64,000 nucleotides of DNA from Patescibacteria group bacterium (GCA_029260935.1 JAJDCJ010000016.1:19648-83647); one strand, 5' to 3'; positions 33,815 to 42,623 are shown, numbered from the stretch's first letter. Translations and numbers: made by a program. Notes: generated by a model from the letters alone, not told the origin.

Positions 33815-34375
33815 TTATACTCGTATATCCCCCACTATATTTTTTAGTACTTTTTTCGCTCGGTGTATCCGTGTTTTTATGGCACCAACACTCACCCCTT
33901 CACGCTCTGCAATCTCCCTGTATGGCAGTCCCTCAATAAAGGCAAGCGTTAGAATATGCGCCACATCTTCAGGAACACATACCAATGCACGCTGAATAAT
34001 ATCTTTTGCCTCAATTGCATCTTTGTTGGATGCCATCGGAAGCGATTCATAGTGTTCCTGAGAAAGCGATGCCACGCGCGCCCACTGTGTAGTTTTCTTT
34101 TTATATTTAGTGCGCGCAACATTCATCAGAATAGTTATTGACCAACTTTTGAATGTTCCTGACTCCCCTTTAAAGTTCGGTGCGAAGCGGTATATTCTGA
34201 TGAGCGTTTCCTGCACGACATCTTCTGCTTCATCTTTATCCTTCAAAACAGCAACAGCGCGCCTAAAAAAAGACTTCTGATGACGTTCTATGAGAGCTTC
34301 AAATGCGTGTGGTGCGCCAAGAGAGTGCGCGAGTAATTCCTCGTCAGTTAGCTGTGTAAGGTCGTGCACGTGTTC
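33815..34375 (-). CDS. RNA polymerase ECF-type sigma-70 family factor
   Basis: Region 2 DVVQETLIRIYR, region 4 LPYREIAEREGVSVGAIKTRIHRAKKVL; start chosen at MEHVHDL. Confidence 0.75.
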   Translation of the reverse strand, partial: EHVHDLTQLTDEELLAHSLGAPHAFEALIERHQKSFFRRAVAVLKDKDEAEDVVQETLIRIYRFAPNFKGESGTFKSWSITILMNVARTKYKKKTTQWARVASLSQEHYESLPMASNKDAIEAKDIIQRALVCVPEDVAHILTLAFIEGLPYREIAEREGVSVGAIKTRIHRAKKVLKNIVGDIRV

Positions 34376-34528
34376 CATATTTGATAATACAGTGCACGTG
34401 CATGGTATGTCAACTAAAGATACCTGTTGCATAAAGCCATAGAGTAGCGCCTCATGGGTCTTGTGTTGTATAGTGCCCTAGGCGCCACACCATATATACT
34501 ACTGCGCTATAACCAAAAAAGTTTCATG

Positions 34529-35101
34529 GCAATACTTTCATATAATGAGATCACCCTTAAGAAGATTATTGAATATAATAATGAACCATTTGAAGTGCTC
34601 GCTTCTCATGTCTTTAGAAAACAACAAAGAAAGCCTGTTAACCAAACAAAACTGAAAGGGCTAAAATCAGGAAAAATGCTTGAGATCTCTTTTCACCAAT
34701 CAGAAACAGTACCCGAGGCAGACATTGAAAAGAAAGAATTCGTATATGTTTTTAAAAACCGTGGCGAAGTGTGGTTTCATGAAGAAGGAAATCCTAAAGA
34801 TCGTTTTTCTTTACCTGAGGAGCAGGTGCACAATGAGTTACAGTTTATAAAAGAAAAAACCGTAGTAACGGCACTGTTGTGGAATGAAGAAATTATCGGT
34901 ATCAAGGTGCCGGTTAAAGTTGAACTCGTTGTAGTTGAAGCACCTCCTGCGGTAAAAGGAAACACTGCCCAAGGTGGTAGTAAACAGGTAGTACTGGAAA
35001 CCGGTGCCACAATCAGCACTCCACTCTTCATCAACGAAGGAGATATCGTTCGCGTAAACACCAACACTGGCGAATATGTTGAGCGCGTTGAGAAAAAATG
35101 A
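34529..35101 (+). CDS. efp: translation elongation factor P
   Basis: EF-P three-domain pattern; ...KLKGLKSGKMLEISF...; start set at MAILSYNEI. Confidence 0.8.
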   Translation, partial: AILSYNEITLKKIIEYNNEPFEVLASHVFRKQQRKPVNQTKLKGLKSGKMLEISFHQSETVPEADIEKKEFVYVFKNRGEVWFHEEGNPKDRFSLPEEQVHNELQFIKEKTVVTALLWNEEIIGIKVPVKVELVVVEAPPAVKGNTAQGGSKQVVLETGATISTPLFINEGDIVRVNTNTGEYVERVEKK

Positions 35102-35305
35102 TAGTAATAATATCTTCCTATTGACCTGTGATACCCACTAACTGTAAGCGTGCGCTTATAGTTAGTGGGGGCGCACCCTAGAGAAATTATTCATGCGACT
35201 CTAGGATACTGCGTATCTAAGCGCTATTTTCAAAAGAAAAAACCGTGTTTTACACGGTTTTTAAAAAACTCATACCTAGAACCTAATACCTAAGGTGCTA
35301 AATCC

Positions 35306-35494
35306 CTATCTAATAAGAAAAGGAAGGAGTCCCATGAAGCGTGCCTGTTTGATGGCTTGCTCAACCTGCCTTTGGTGTGAAGCTGAAATGCGCGTACGGC
35401 GCTTGCTCAAAATCCTGCCGTGCGGGTTCATGAACTGTTTTAAGTATTCAGTATTTTTATACGTAACGTATTTTGGTGTGCTGTTTGTATTCAT
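35306..35494 (-). CDS. rpsR: 30S ribosomal protein S18
   Basis: YLKQFMNPHGRILSKRRTRISASHQRQVEQAIKQARFMGLLPF. Confidence 0.85.
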   Translation of the reverse strand: MNTNSTPKYVTYKNTEYLKQFMNPHGRILSKRRTRISASHQRQVEQAIKQARFMGLLPFLIR

Positions 35495-35506
35495 AATTTT
35501 TAATGT

Positions 35507-35956
35507 CTAGAACGGAATATCGTCAGGACTAATCTCCTCAGTAGGGTATTCAACACCCTCAGGTCTTCCTTCTTGGCCTGGCTGATTGCCACCACGAACC
35601 TCTTGAGACTCATTAGTGCTTCCACCTCCCCCTGCGCGCGCACCAAACTGAACGCGGTCTGCAACTATTTCGGTGCGATATTGTTTGTTCCCGTCTTTCT
35701 CCCAACTTCGCGTTTGAAGTCTTCCTTCAACCAACACACCACTTCCCTTCTTTAGGTATTGTGCACTCGTTTCTGCTTGGCGACCAAATACTACAATGTT
35801 GTGATATTCAGTTGCTTCCTGTTTTTGTTTTTCCTGGTTGTACCACACACGATTCGTTGCAACACTAAACGTTGCAACGTGAGCGCCACTAGGAAGTGCG
35901 CGTAGTTCTGGGTCTCGAGTTAAATTTCCTGCAACAAAAGCTTTGTTTAAGTACAT
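35507..35956 (-). CDS. ssb: single-stranded DNA-binding protein
   Basis: OB-fold N-terminus, Gly-rich linker, C-terminal DDIPF tail. Confidence 0.9.
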   Translation of the reverse strand: MYLNKAFVAGNLTRDPELRALPSGAHVATFSVATNRVWYNQEKQKQEATEYHNIVVFGRQAETSAQYLKKGSGVLVEGRLQTRSWEKDGNKQYRTEIVADRVQFGARAGGGGSTNESQEVRGGNQPGQEGRPEGVEYPTEEISPDDIPF

Positions 35957-35968
35957 ATGTTTTTATAG

Positions 35969-36511
35969 TTACTCTTTATTTTCAGTACCGTCTGTGTCCA
36001 CTTTTTGTTCCTCTCCCTCTCCCTCCTCTTCAACTTCCTTCTCTACTGCCTCCTCGTCAGGGGTCGTATCCTCTACAAACGGTATTGCATCAAGACGTGG
36101 GTCAGCAAGAGTTGCCGCGACAGCGTCACGTGACGTCTTAACTACAATATAACGTAAAATAGTTGCATGTTCTTTGAGAGCAATCTCAAAGTTTGCAATA
36201 CTTGAAGGTGTGGCTTCAAAAGCAATCCAGCCGAAGTAAGCATTTTCAAACACCTCCTTCTTTTCTCCAATTTTCTTTTCAATACCATATGAAAGCTTAA
36301 CGCTCGCTGGCGCTCGCTGGCCGAAAATTTCAGCATGAATGTCTTTAAGATCCTTTAAAATAAGCGCTGTTTCAGCTTCAAGGTCTCCCTCAGAGACCGT
36401 TGGAAGAATATGGTAGCCAACTTCATAGACTGATAAAACTTCAGACTCTTCCGTAACTCCCTCCTCTTGCAAAGGGGTTTCTTCCTGTAGATCTGTTTCT
36501 TTTGTATCCAT
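35969..36511 (-). CDS. rpsF: 30S ribosomal protein S6 with acidic N- and C-terminal extensions
   Basis: Core YEVGYHILPTVSE...KLSYGIEKKIG; rpsF-ssb-rpsR gene order. Confidence 0.8.
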   Translation of the reverse strand: MDTKETDLQEETPLQEEGVTEESEVLSVYEVGYHILPTVSEGDLEAETALILKDLKDIHAEIFGQRAPASVKLSYGIEKKIGEKKEVFENAYFGWIAFEATPSSIANFEIALKEHATILRYIVVKTSRDAVAATLADPRLDAIPFVEDTTPDEEAVEKEVEEEGEGEEQKVDTDGTENKE

Positions 36512-36541
36512 TGTGAATGTACAGTATCACGAGCACTAAAA

Positions 36542-37423
36542 TTACGCAATATGTGGCTTAAACTCAATACCAAAGACCCGTTTTGCGTTATTTTTTACGG
36601 CATTTTCTATAGATTCTTCAGACTCGCCACGAATACGAGCTATCGCCTCAAGCACATATCTCACATATATCGGCTGGTTTTTTTTACCACGATACGGCAC
36701 AGGAGCTGCATAGGGGGCATCGGTTTCAGTCAAAATCATGTCTATAGGGGCCTCGCGTACCACTTCGTCATAGTCGTGAGTAAAGGTCAGCACCCCGGTA
36801 AATGAGGTAGTAAAACCAAGCGCCCAAAAACGCTTCGCTGTTGCGAGGTCTCCAACAAAAAAATGCATGTTCCCCCACACCAGAGAACGGCTTTGCCGAC
36901 GGGGCAGACCCCTCAATTCTTGACGTCCGACGTCAAGAATTTTTGATTCAAGGTAATCGGCAACTTCTTCATACGCGTCCATGGAATTTTTAGACGGACG
37001 ACAATGCACCATAAGTGGTTTGTTGTGTGTAGTCGCCAGCTCCACCTGCTGTTTGAACACCTCCCATTGTTTTTCTTTCCATCCTTCACTCGCCTCTTCA
37101 CCTGCTGAAGTTGTTGATTGCCGAAAAAAATCCAATCCGCACTCTCCCACCCCCACTACCTTTTTTTCTTTTACTAACGCTGAAAAACTTGATATATCAA
37201 ATTCTTCTTCTCCAGTGTAGTTGGGGTGGAGGCCGACACACGCATACAAGTGTTCGTGCTGGTGTGCTAAACGTACCGCCTCCTGGGAACTTTCCAGGTC
37301 CACCCCCACTACAATACCCAACACACCCTCTGCCGCCATCCGTGCAATAACTGCATCCTGGTCTTCTCTTAAGCCACCCAAGTTCGGGTGGCAGTGCACG
37401 TCTATGTATTGGTATTGCTGCAT
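36542..37423 (-). CDS. tatD: TatD-family metal-dependent hydrolase/DNase
   Basis: IDVHCHPN, GECGLDF, H..D motifs; start set at MQQYQYIDVHCH. Confidence 0.8.
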   Translation of the reverse strand: MQQYQYIDVHCHPNLGGLREDQDAVIARMAAEGVLGIVVGVDLESSQEAVRLAHQHEHLYACVGLHPNYTGEEEFDISSFSALVKEKKVVGVGECGLDFFRQSTTSAGEEASEGWKEKQWEVFKQQVELATTHNKPLMVHCRPSKNSMDAYEEVADYLESKILDVGRQELRGLPRRQSRSLVWGNMHFFVGDLATAKRFWALGFTTSFTGVLTFTHDYDEVVREAPIDMILTETDAPYAAPVPYRGKKNQPIYVRYVLEAIARIRGESEESIENAVKNNAKRVFGIEFKPHIA

Positions 37424-37424
37424 A

Positions 37425-37877
37425 TTATTTCCCTTCCCACTCTCGTATAACCTTAAGAGCATCCTCTTCCACCTCCAAAAAATGGACGAGCTTGATTTGG
37501 CGACGTGCATTTTTATTTAAATCAAAAATATTATGGTTACCCTCGTAGTGATCTTTGGCAACTTTGTCTCTGCCACATGCAAAAACAACTCTCGGAATAT
37601 ACGCCCAAAATGAAGCCGCGTAACACATCACACATGGTTCTAATGATGAGTAAAGGGTTACGTCATCTAAATTTCTTTTACCCAAAGCTTGTCCTGCCGC
37701 TCTGATAGCCGCAATTTCAGCATGGCTCGTCGGATCATTAAGTTGTTTTCCATTACTCAGGCCCTCTGCAATAATTTCCTCATCCTTTACAATAACGGCC
37801 CCGACTGGATACGCGCCCATTGCTACAGACTTCCGCGAAAGCTCGATGGCTTTTTTGATAAAATATTTATCCTGCAT
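37425..37877 (-). CDS. tadA: tRNA-specific adenosine deaminase (CDA-fold deaminase, TadA-like)
   Basis: HAEIAAIRAAG ... PCVMCYAA zinc-binding motifs, about 150 aa. Confidence 0.75.
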   Translation of the reverse strand: MQDKYFIKKAIELSRKSVAMGAYPVGAVIVKDEEIIAEGLSNGKQLNDPTSHAEIAAIRAAGQALGKRNLDDVTLYSSLEPCVMCYAASFWAYIPRVVFACGRDKVAKDHYEGNHNIFDLNKNARRQIKLVHFLEVEEDALKVIREWEGK

Positions 37878-37878
37878 A

Positions 37879-38058
37879 CTACTTCTTCCAATCCTCAATG
37901 ATCAGTTTTGAGCCGGAACGGCGAATGGTTACTTTTTGACGGTCGCGCCAGCGCAGTTCGCGAACAAATTCAATCGGAAGCGTTACAGAAACACTTTTCC
38001 CGCCACCTGTCCGGGTAAGTTTACGAACATTTCGATTTTCTAACCGTCTTCGTGCCAT
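37879..38058 (-). CDS. AbrB/MazE (SpoVT-AbrB fold) small DNA-binding protein, 59 aa, no adjacent toxin
   Basis: Manual translation MARRRLENRNVRKLTRTGGGKSVSVTLPIEFVRELRWRDRQKVTIRRSGSKLIIEDWKK; below ORF-track size cutoff; stop 1 nt before tadA start. Confidence 0.5.
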   Translation of the reverse strand: MARRRLENRNVRKLTRTGGGKSVSVTLPIEFVRELRWRDRQKVTIRRSGSKLIIEDWKK

Positions 38059-38066
38059 GAATTAAC

Positions 38067-38105
38067 TATACCAGCTCTTGAATGAGCTCTAGAGCTAATT
38101 CAAGA
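38067..38105. promoter_or_regulatory. nested perfect palindrome CAGCTCTTGAAT-GAGCTCTAGAGCTA-ATTCAAGAGCTG
   Basis: 12-bp outer arms plus inner 12-nt palindrome AGCTCTAGAGCT; sits between higA 3' end and abrB-like start. Confidence 0.4.
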
Positions 38106-38197
38106 GCTGACTGTCTGGGTCTCCTTCGCCAAGGCTCCGACGGACTAAAAGACGATGCCCGCCAAACTCCATTCTGATGGGGCTTTGGTTGGCATTT

Positions 38198-38473
38198 TTA
38201 CTTCAAAGAAACATTGAGAGATACATCAAGGGCCTGAGCAATACGCTGCAGCGTATCTAACGACGGGTTACCTTCCCCGCGTTCGAGTCGGGAAATGACA
38301 GGTTGCCTTGTGCCGATTTTTTTTGCAAGTTCTGTTTGTGTCAAACCTCTGCGAAGGCGATGTTTAATAATTGCCCGCACCAATTCATATTCAAGACCGA
38401 GCGATTCGTATGCGTTTCGTACGTTGCGGTTTTTGAGCACTTTTGTTTTGAATTTTTTATATGTGGTTGCCAT
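38198..38473 (-). CDS. higA: XRE-family HTH antitoxin (HigA-like)
   Basis: GLTQTELAKKIGTRQPVISRLERGEGNPSLDTLQRIAQAL helix-turn-helix; directly downstream of Gp49-like toxin. Confidence 0.75.
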   Translation of the reverse strand: MATTYKKFKTKVLKNRNVRNAYESLGLEYELVRAIIKHRLRRGLTQTELAKKIGTRQPVISRLERGEGNPSLDTLQRIAQALDVSLNVSLK

Positions 38474-38500
38474 AAATCCAGTATAACTTATATGTTATAT

Positions 38501-38806
38501 TTACGCAAGTCCATCCATTATCTTTTGTGCCTTGGCTATTTCTCGGATTGATGCCTTTTTGGTTTTCTTAATAAAGCCATGTAACAGCATCGCTTTATTG
38601 TTTTTGAAACAATAAAAAATCCTAGTCTCCCGCTTTCCTCTGATACGAAGTTCCAACAAACCACCAGATACATGCCGACTATGTGGCATCCTTAAATCCG
38701 AGCCGAACGCCTCTAATAAATCAACGACTCTTAAGGCCTTGGCAAGTTCTGCTGCAGAGAGTGATTCTAAAAACGTCTCTGCGGAATCAAATAAAATAAC
38801 CTCCAT
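38501..38806 (-). CDS. higB: type II toxin, HigB / phage Gp49-like (DUF891) RelE-superfamily
   Basis: Family pattern ...LLEAFGSDLRMPHSRHVSGGLLELRIRGKRETRIFYCF...MLLHGFIKKTKK; toxin-upstream-of-antitoxin order typical of HigBA. Confidence 0.7.
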   Translation of the reverse strand: MEVILFDSAETFLESLSAAELAKALRVVDLLEAFGSDLRMPHSRHVSGGLLELRIRGKRETRIFYCFKNNKAMLLHGFIKKTKKASIREIAKAQKIMDGLA

Positions 38807-38933
38807 TCAGGCACTATAACAAAATCTGCCGGCAACGCCGCCCTCGCGCATCTTTTGAATCACCGCTTCTTGGTCCTGTTTCAATTCCCCCAAGTTCGGG
38901 TGGCTGTGTATGTCTATGTATTTATACTTTTGC
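38807..38933 (-). pseudogene. 42-codon fragment duplicating the 5' end of tatD, translationally abutting higB (TGAATGG)
   Basis: Reverse translation MQKYKYIDIHSHPNLGELKQDQEAVIQKMREGGVAGRFCYSA; about 70% nt identity to 37355-37425 (tatD start). Confidence 0.6.
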
Positions 38934-38948
38934 ATAAACAATTTTCGT

Positions 38949-39383
38949 TTAGTTTCTTAGTGAAGACTGAAAAAATGAAATATCTTTTCCGGCTAACAAA
39001 CTTTCGATACTCGGCCTTAGTTCTTCTGGTAGAAACCGTACCCCTTTAAACTCGTGAGCGTCTAACCATACAAAATCTAAATGACCCACCTGAGAAATCG
39101 GTTTTGTATCTTGGGGGCATGAAAAATTTATCAAAAAATTCAACTCATGTACTAACCTTCCATTATCATTCCAAGAATGTTCGAATACAGAGAGAACGTT
39201 GTGCGCCTGAGCCTTGATATTAATTTCTTCATCTATTTCGCGCTCTAGAGCTAGTAAAACAGACTCTCCTGATTCTACATGCCCCCCTGGAAGAAAAAAG
39301 TAATCTTCTTTTCTAAAATAAGCTAAGAGAATCTTCTTTTCTTGTATGGAAACCCCCCGAGCTAAAACTTCTTGTGATGTCAT
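38949..39383 (-). CDS. NUDIX hydrolase
   Basis: Nudix box GGHVESGESVLLALEREIDEEINI. Confidence 0.8.
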   Translation of the reverse strand: MTSQEVLARGVSIQEKKILLAYFRKEDYFFLPGGHVESGESVLLALEREIDEEINIKAQAHNVLSVFEHSWNDNGRLVHELNFLINFSCPQDTKPISQVGHLDFVWLDAHEFKGVRFLPEELRPSIESLLAGKDISFFQSSLRN

Positions 39384-39386
39384 AAA

Positions 39387-39932
39387 TTACTTCAAAAACT
39401 TTGGAGTTATAGAAAGTATATACTTCTCATAATCAATAGTCGATCGAATTCCTCTATTTTGAAATTCTTCAACAGATTGTATATCTACATCTTGCCAGAA
39501 ATGTTTTGTCTGGAAAGCCATGTGAAACGACATCCATAAATCCTCTAACTCCTCATTATCTACCCCACTATCAGGCAGCACATAAACTGCATGTTTTCCT
39601 GTTCCCACAGCATATCCAAGCTCAGCAATAGTACCGTATGCTCGCCCATTGATAATCGCAACCAAAGCATCGGATTTCTCCAGTTTGGGAAAAACCATTT
39701 CCATAATATGCTCCGGTTTCAACCCAGAGGGAAGATCATTTTCTTCCAAAACATCTGTTTTAGAAACAGAGCGCAAAATCCAATGTCCGTTGTGAATATA
39801 GGTACCTCTGTCAATCTTTTTTGATTTATAAGTATGAATTAAATCATCAACATCCATATCCGTATTTGTTTCAATAAATACATCATTGAGTGTGTTTGAT
39901 GCTATTCTTTTTGCAATATAAATTTTTCTCAT
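39387..39932 (-). CDS. nucleoside 2-deoxyribosyltransferase-like / DNPH1(Rcl)-like protein
   Basis: KIYIA... N-terminus and DALVAIINGRAYGTIAELGYAVGTGKHAVYVL matching the family catalytic-Glu region. Confidence 0.55.
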   Translation of the reverse strand: MRKIYIAKRIASNTLNDVFIETNTDMDVDDLIHTYKSKKIDRGTYIHNGHWILRSVSKTDVLEENDLPSGLKPEHIMEMVFPKLEKSDALVAIINGRAYGTIAELGYAVGTGKHAVYVLPDSGVDNEELEDLWMSFHMAFQTKHFWQDVDIQSVEEFQNRGIRSTIDYEKYILSITPKFLK

Positions 39933-40053
39933 AGAACCTCATATTCACCCACCTCAAATATTCTGTATTGGTATCAACCCCTGTGTAATTGTACCCTTCT
40001 GAAATAAATTGCTTGGGAAAATATCTTTATCAACATCACGTTGGTCCATAGCT

Positions 40054-41481
40054 CTATTGTTCTAAACGTGGGAAGAGGTTTTTTGGTTTTTTGTTTTCAA
40101 GCACTGCTTTTTTAATCAAGTCGCTTGTGTCAGGGAGCAGTGGTTGCAGTAGTATGCCGATCTCATAAAGGTCTTTAGTGAGTACCTGAATCATTTGAAC
40201 ACCTTTTTCTTTGTCTTCTTTTATCACTTTGAATGGCTCTTCTTCTGCAATACGTTCATCAAGCTCTTGGATACGGCTCCATACAAAGTCTGACGCTTGG
40301 TTAAACTGAAAGTTTTTAAACGCATCAACATACTCCTTCGGGAAAGACATCTCTTCAGGTTTCTCAAATGGAGTGTCAAGGTGCTGTTCTGCCAACTTCA
40401 TAATGCGACTCGTTAAGTTGCCAAGACCATTCACTAAGTCTGCTGTATACCATTCATCAAATGATTTCCATGAAGCATCAGAATCTTCAAATGGATGCGT
40501 GTGTCTTAGGTAAAAATAACGCAGTGCGTCTGTTCCATACTTTTCTACTACTTCAAACGGACTAATAACATTCCCTACCGATTTTGATATCTTCTCGCCG
40601 TTTATATTTATAAAACCATGAATATAAATCTGTTTTGACGTTGGTAAACCTGCCGACATAAGCATTGCCTGCCACATCGCTGCTTGTTGGCGCACCTGAT
40701 CTTTACCTGCAAACTGTATCACTGGCCACCATTTTTCAAACTGCACCATATCATCTGGCCAGCCAATAGTTGAGATATAGTTAATCAAAGCATCAAACCA
40801 TACGTACATCACCTGGGTGTCATCCCCCGGTACTGGAATACCCCATGGCATTTTTTCACTTAAACGTGAGATGGAAAAATCTTCCAAACCTTCACGCTCT
40901 ATAAGAGAAATTATTTCATTGATACGAGACTGTGGCACAACAAAACCTTTGTTTCTGTAAAGCGCAAGAAGTGTGTCCTGATATTTTGAAAATTTGAAAA
41001 AATAATTCTCCTCTTCAATAATTTGAATCTCATTTTTCGGATGCAGCGGACAGCATCCGTTCTCATCAAGTTCAGAATCAGTTTTTTCAAGCTCACACCC
41101 AACACAGTATTTAATTTTATAATTCTTTTTATATATATCACCGCTCGCTTCGCAAAGTTTCCAAAACTCTTGCGCAGCTTTTTTGTGAGTGGAGTCTGTG
41201 GTGCGGATGAAGCGGTCGTTACTTAAGTTAAGTGCCTCCTGTAACTCTTTGAACCTTGCCGCATAGCGGTCAGCATACTCTTGCGGTGTTTCGTTATTTT
41301 CTATCGCTTTTTCATATATTTTCTGCCCATGCTCATCGGTTCCTGTGTTGAATAGAACTTCGTGTCCGAGTAAACGATAGAGTCGCGCAGACGCATCTGC
41401 TTGTACAAATTCAAAAACATTCCCAACATGGGGGTCGGCGTTAACGTACGGCAGTGTGGTGGTTATATATATTCTATCCAT
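40054..41481 (-). CDS. metG: methionine--tRNA ligase (minimal form)
   Basis: P-YVNADPHVGN (HIGH), KISKSVGNVI (KMSKS), CVGCE zinc knuckle. Confidence 0.9.
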   Translation of the reverse strand: MDRIYITTTLPYVNADPHVGNVFEFVQADASARLYRLLGHEVLFNTGTDEHGQKIYEKAIENNETPQEYADRYAARFKELQEALNLSNDRFIRTTDSTHKKAAQEFWKLCEASGDIYKKNYKIKYCVGCELEKTDSELDENGCCPLHPKNEIQIIEEENYFFKFSKYQDTLLALYRNKGFVVPQSRINEIISLIEREGLEDFSISRLSEKMPWGIPVPGDDTQVMYVWFDALINYISTIGWPDDMVQFEKWWPVIQFAGKDQVRQQAAMWQAMLMSAGLPTSKQIYIHGFININGEKISKSVGNVISPFEVVEKYGTDALRYFYLRHTHPFEDSDASWKSFDEWYTADLVNGLGNLTSRIMKLAEQHLDTPFEKPEEMSFPKEYVDAFKNFQFNQASDFVWSRIQELDERIAEEEPFKVIKEDKEKGVQMIQVLTKDLYEIGILLQPLLPDTSDLIKKAVLENKKPKNLFPRLEQ

Positions 41482-41540
41482 AAAAATATAGCGACCGCGG
41501 TCACCTTTGAATAATACTAGGGTCGCTCGGTATCTGCAAT

Positions 41541-42623
41541 TTACGCAGTGTCTTCTTTTAGTGCGCGCATTTGTTCTCGCTTACGCTTTTCAACATCAGA
41601 AACTAATTCCTGAAGGGCGGCGGCAACTGGAACTGAAAGTAATATCCCTAAGAAACCGGCAAGTTGGGCACCTGCAATCAAAGCTAAAATAACCAAAAGT
41701 GGCGGTACGCCAACGATGCGTTTTACCACCAGCGGATATATCAAATTTCCCTGTATTTGGTTGATAACCAGATAGCCACCTCCTGCCAAAAGAGCTGTAC
41801 TGAGCCCCCCAAAAGTCCCCGCAACTAAAATTGCGGGTATTGCAGCTGCGAGTGATCCAAACACTGGCACCAGCTCAGCGACTGCCGCAAAAATTGCAAG
41901 CAAAAGTGCATACGGCACGCCGAGGACTGTCAGCCACAAGTAGGTAAGAACAGCTACGATGAGCGAGAGGAGTAACTGTCCTTGCATCCAGAGGCCAATT
42001 TTTATTTGCGAACGACGCCACAGACCCACTGCATATTTTTGATGTTTAACCGGCGTTACAATACGCAAAAAGTCGTCAATGCCTGTTTCTTGGATTGCAA
42101 AATAAAACGAAAGTAACATGATAATAAAAAACGAGAACACGCCACCAAAAATACCAGCAAGCGCCCGGAATGTTCCCTGTCCTGTTGACGCAAAGATGTC
42201 TCTGAACTGAGCAAGTGTTTGTGCAATAGACGTGGCATCAACGTTTGCAACCTCTTGTGTTGCGTTAATGATTTGATTTGAAACAAGACTGTCTAGATTA
42301 AAAGAGCTAAAGTATTGCGGAAGTGTTGCCACAAAGCCACTGGTCTCTTGAATTAAAGGGGGGACGAGCAGGTAAATAAAACTAAACAAGAGCCCGATGA
42401 TAATAAAGTACACTAACGCGACGGCGGCAGGCCGTATAACGCGGTGACGCATAAACCACAGCACCGCCGGCTCAATTGAAGACGAAATGACAATCGCCGT
42501 TAGCACAATAAGCACAAGGTCTTTTAGGAAAAAAAGGAGCCACACTGCAAGCACAATGCCGATAGCCGACAGTACCGTTGTAGGAGAAATGTGTATTACA
42601 AAAGAATTGTCTTTTTTTTCCAT
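41541..42623 (-). CDS. AI-2E family transporter (PerM/UPF0118)
   Basis: 8 TM topology and family blocks; ORF from 42644. Confidence 0.7.
   Translation of the reverse strand: MEKKDNSFVIHISPTTVLSAIGIVLAVWLLFFLKDLVLIVLTAIVISSSIEPAVLWFMRHRVIRPAAVALVYFIIIGLLFSFIYLLVPPLIQETSGFVATLPQYFSSFNLDSLVSNQIINATQEVANVDATSIAQTLAQFRDIFASTGQGTFRALAGIFGGVFSFFIIMLLSFYFAIQETGIDDFLRIVTPVKHQKYAVGLWRRSQIKIGLWMQGQLLLSLIVAVLTYLWLTVLGVPYALLLAIFAAVAELVPVFGSLAAAIPAILVAGTFGGLSTALLAGGGYLVINQIQGNLIYPLVVKRIVGVPPLLVILALIAGAQLAGFLGILLSVPVAAALQELVSDVEKRKREQMRALKEDTA

Noticed and set aside
36295-36320. Tandem CGCTCGCTGG x2 inside rpsF
   Set aside because: 20 nt (not a multiple of 3) yet the reading frame is intact and encodes a normal S6 segment; coincidental short repeat, not a slipped-strand duplication of consequence.
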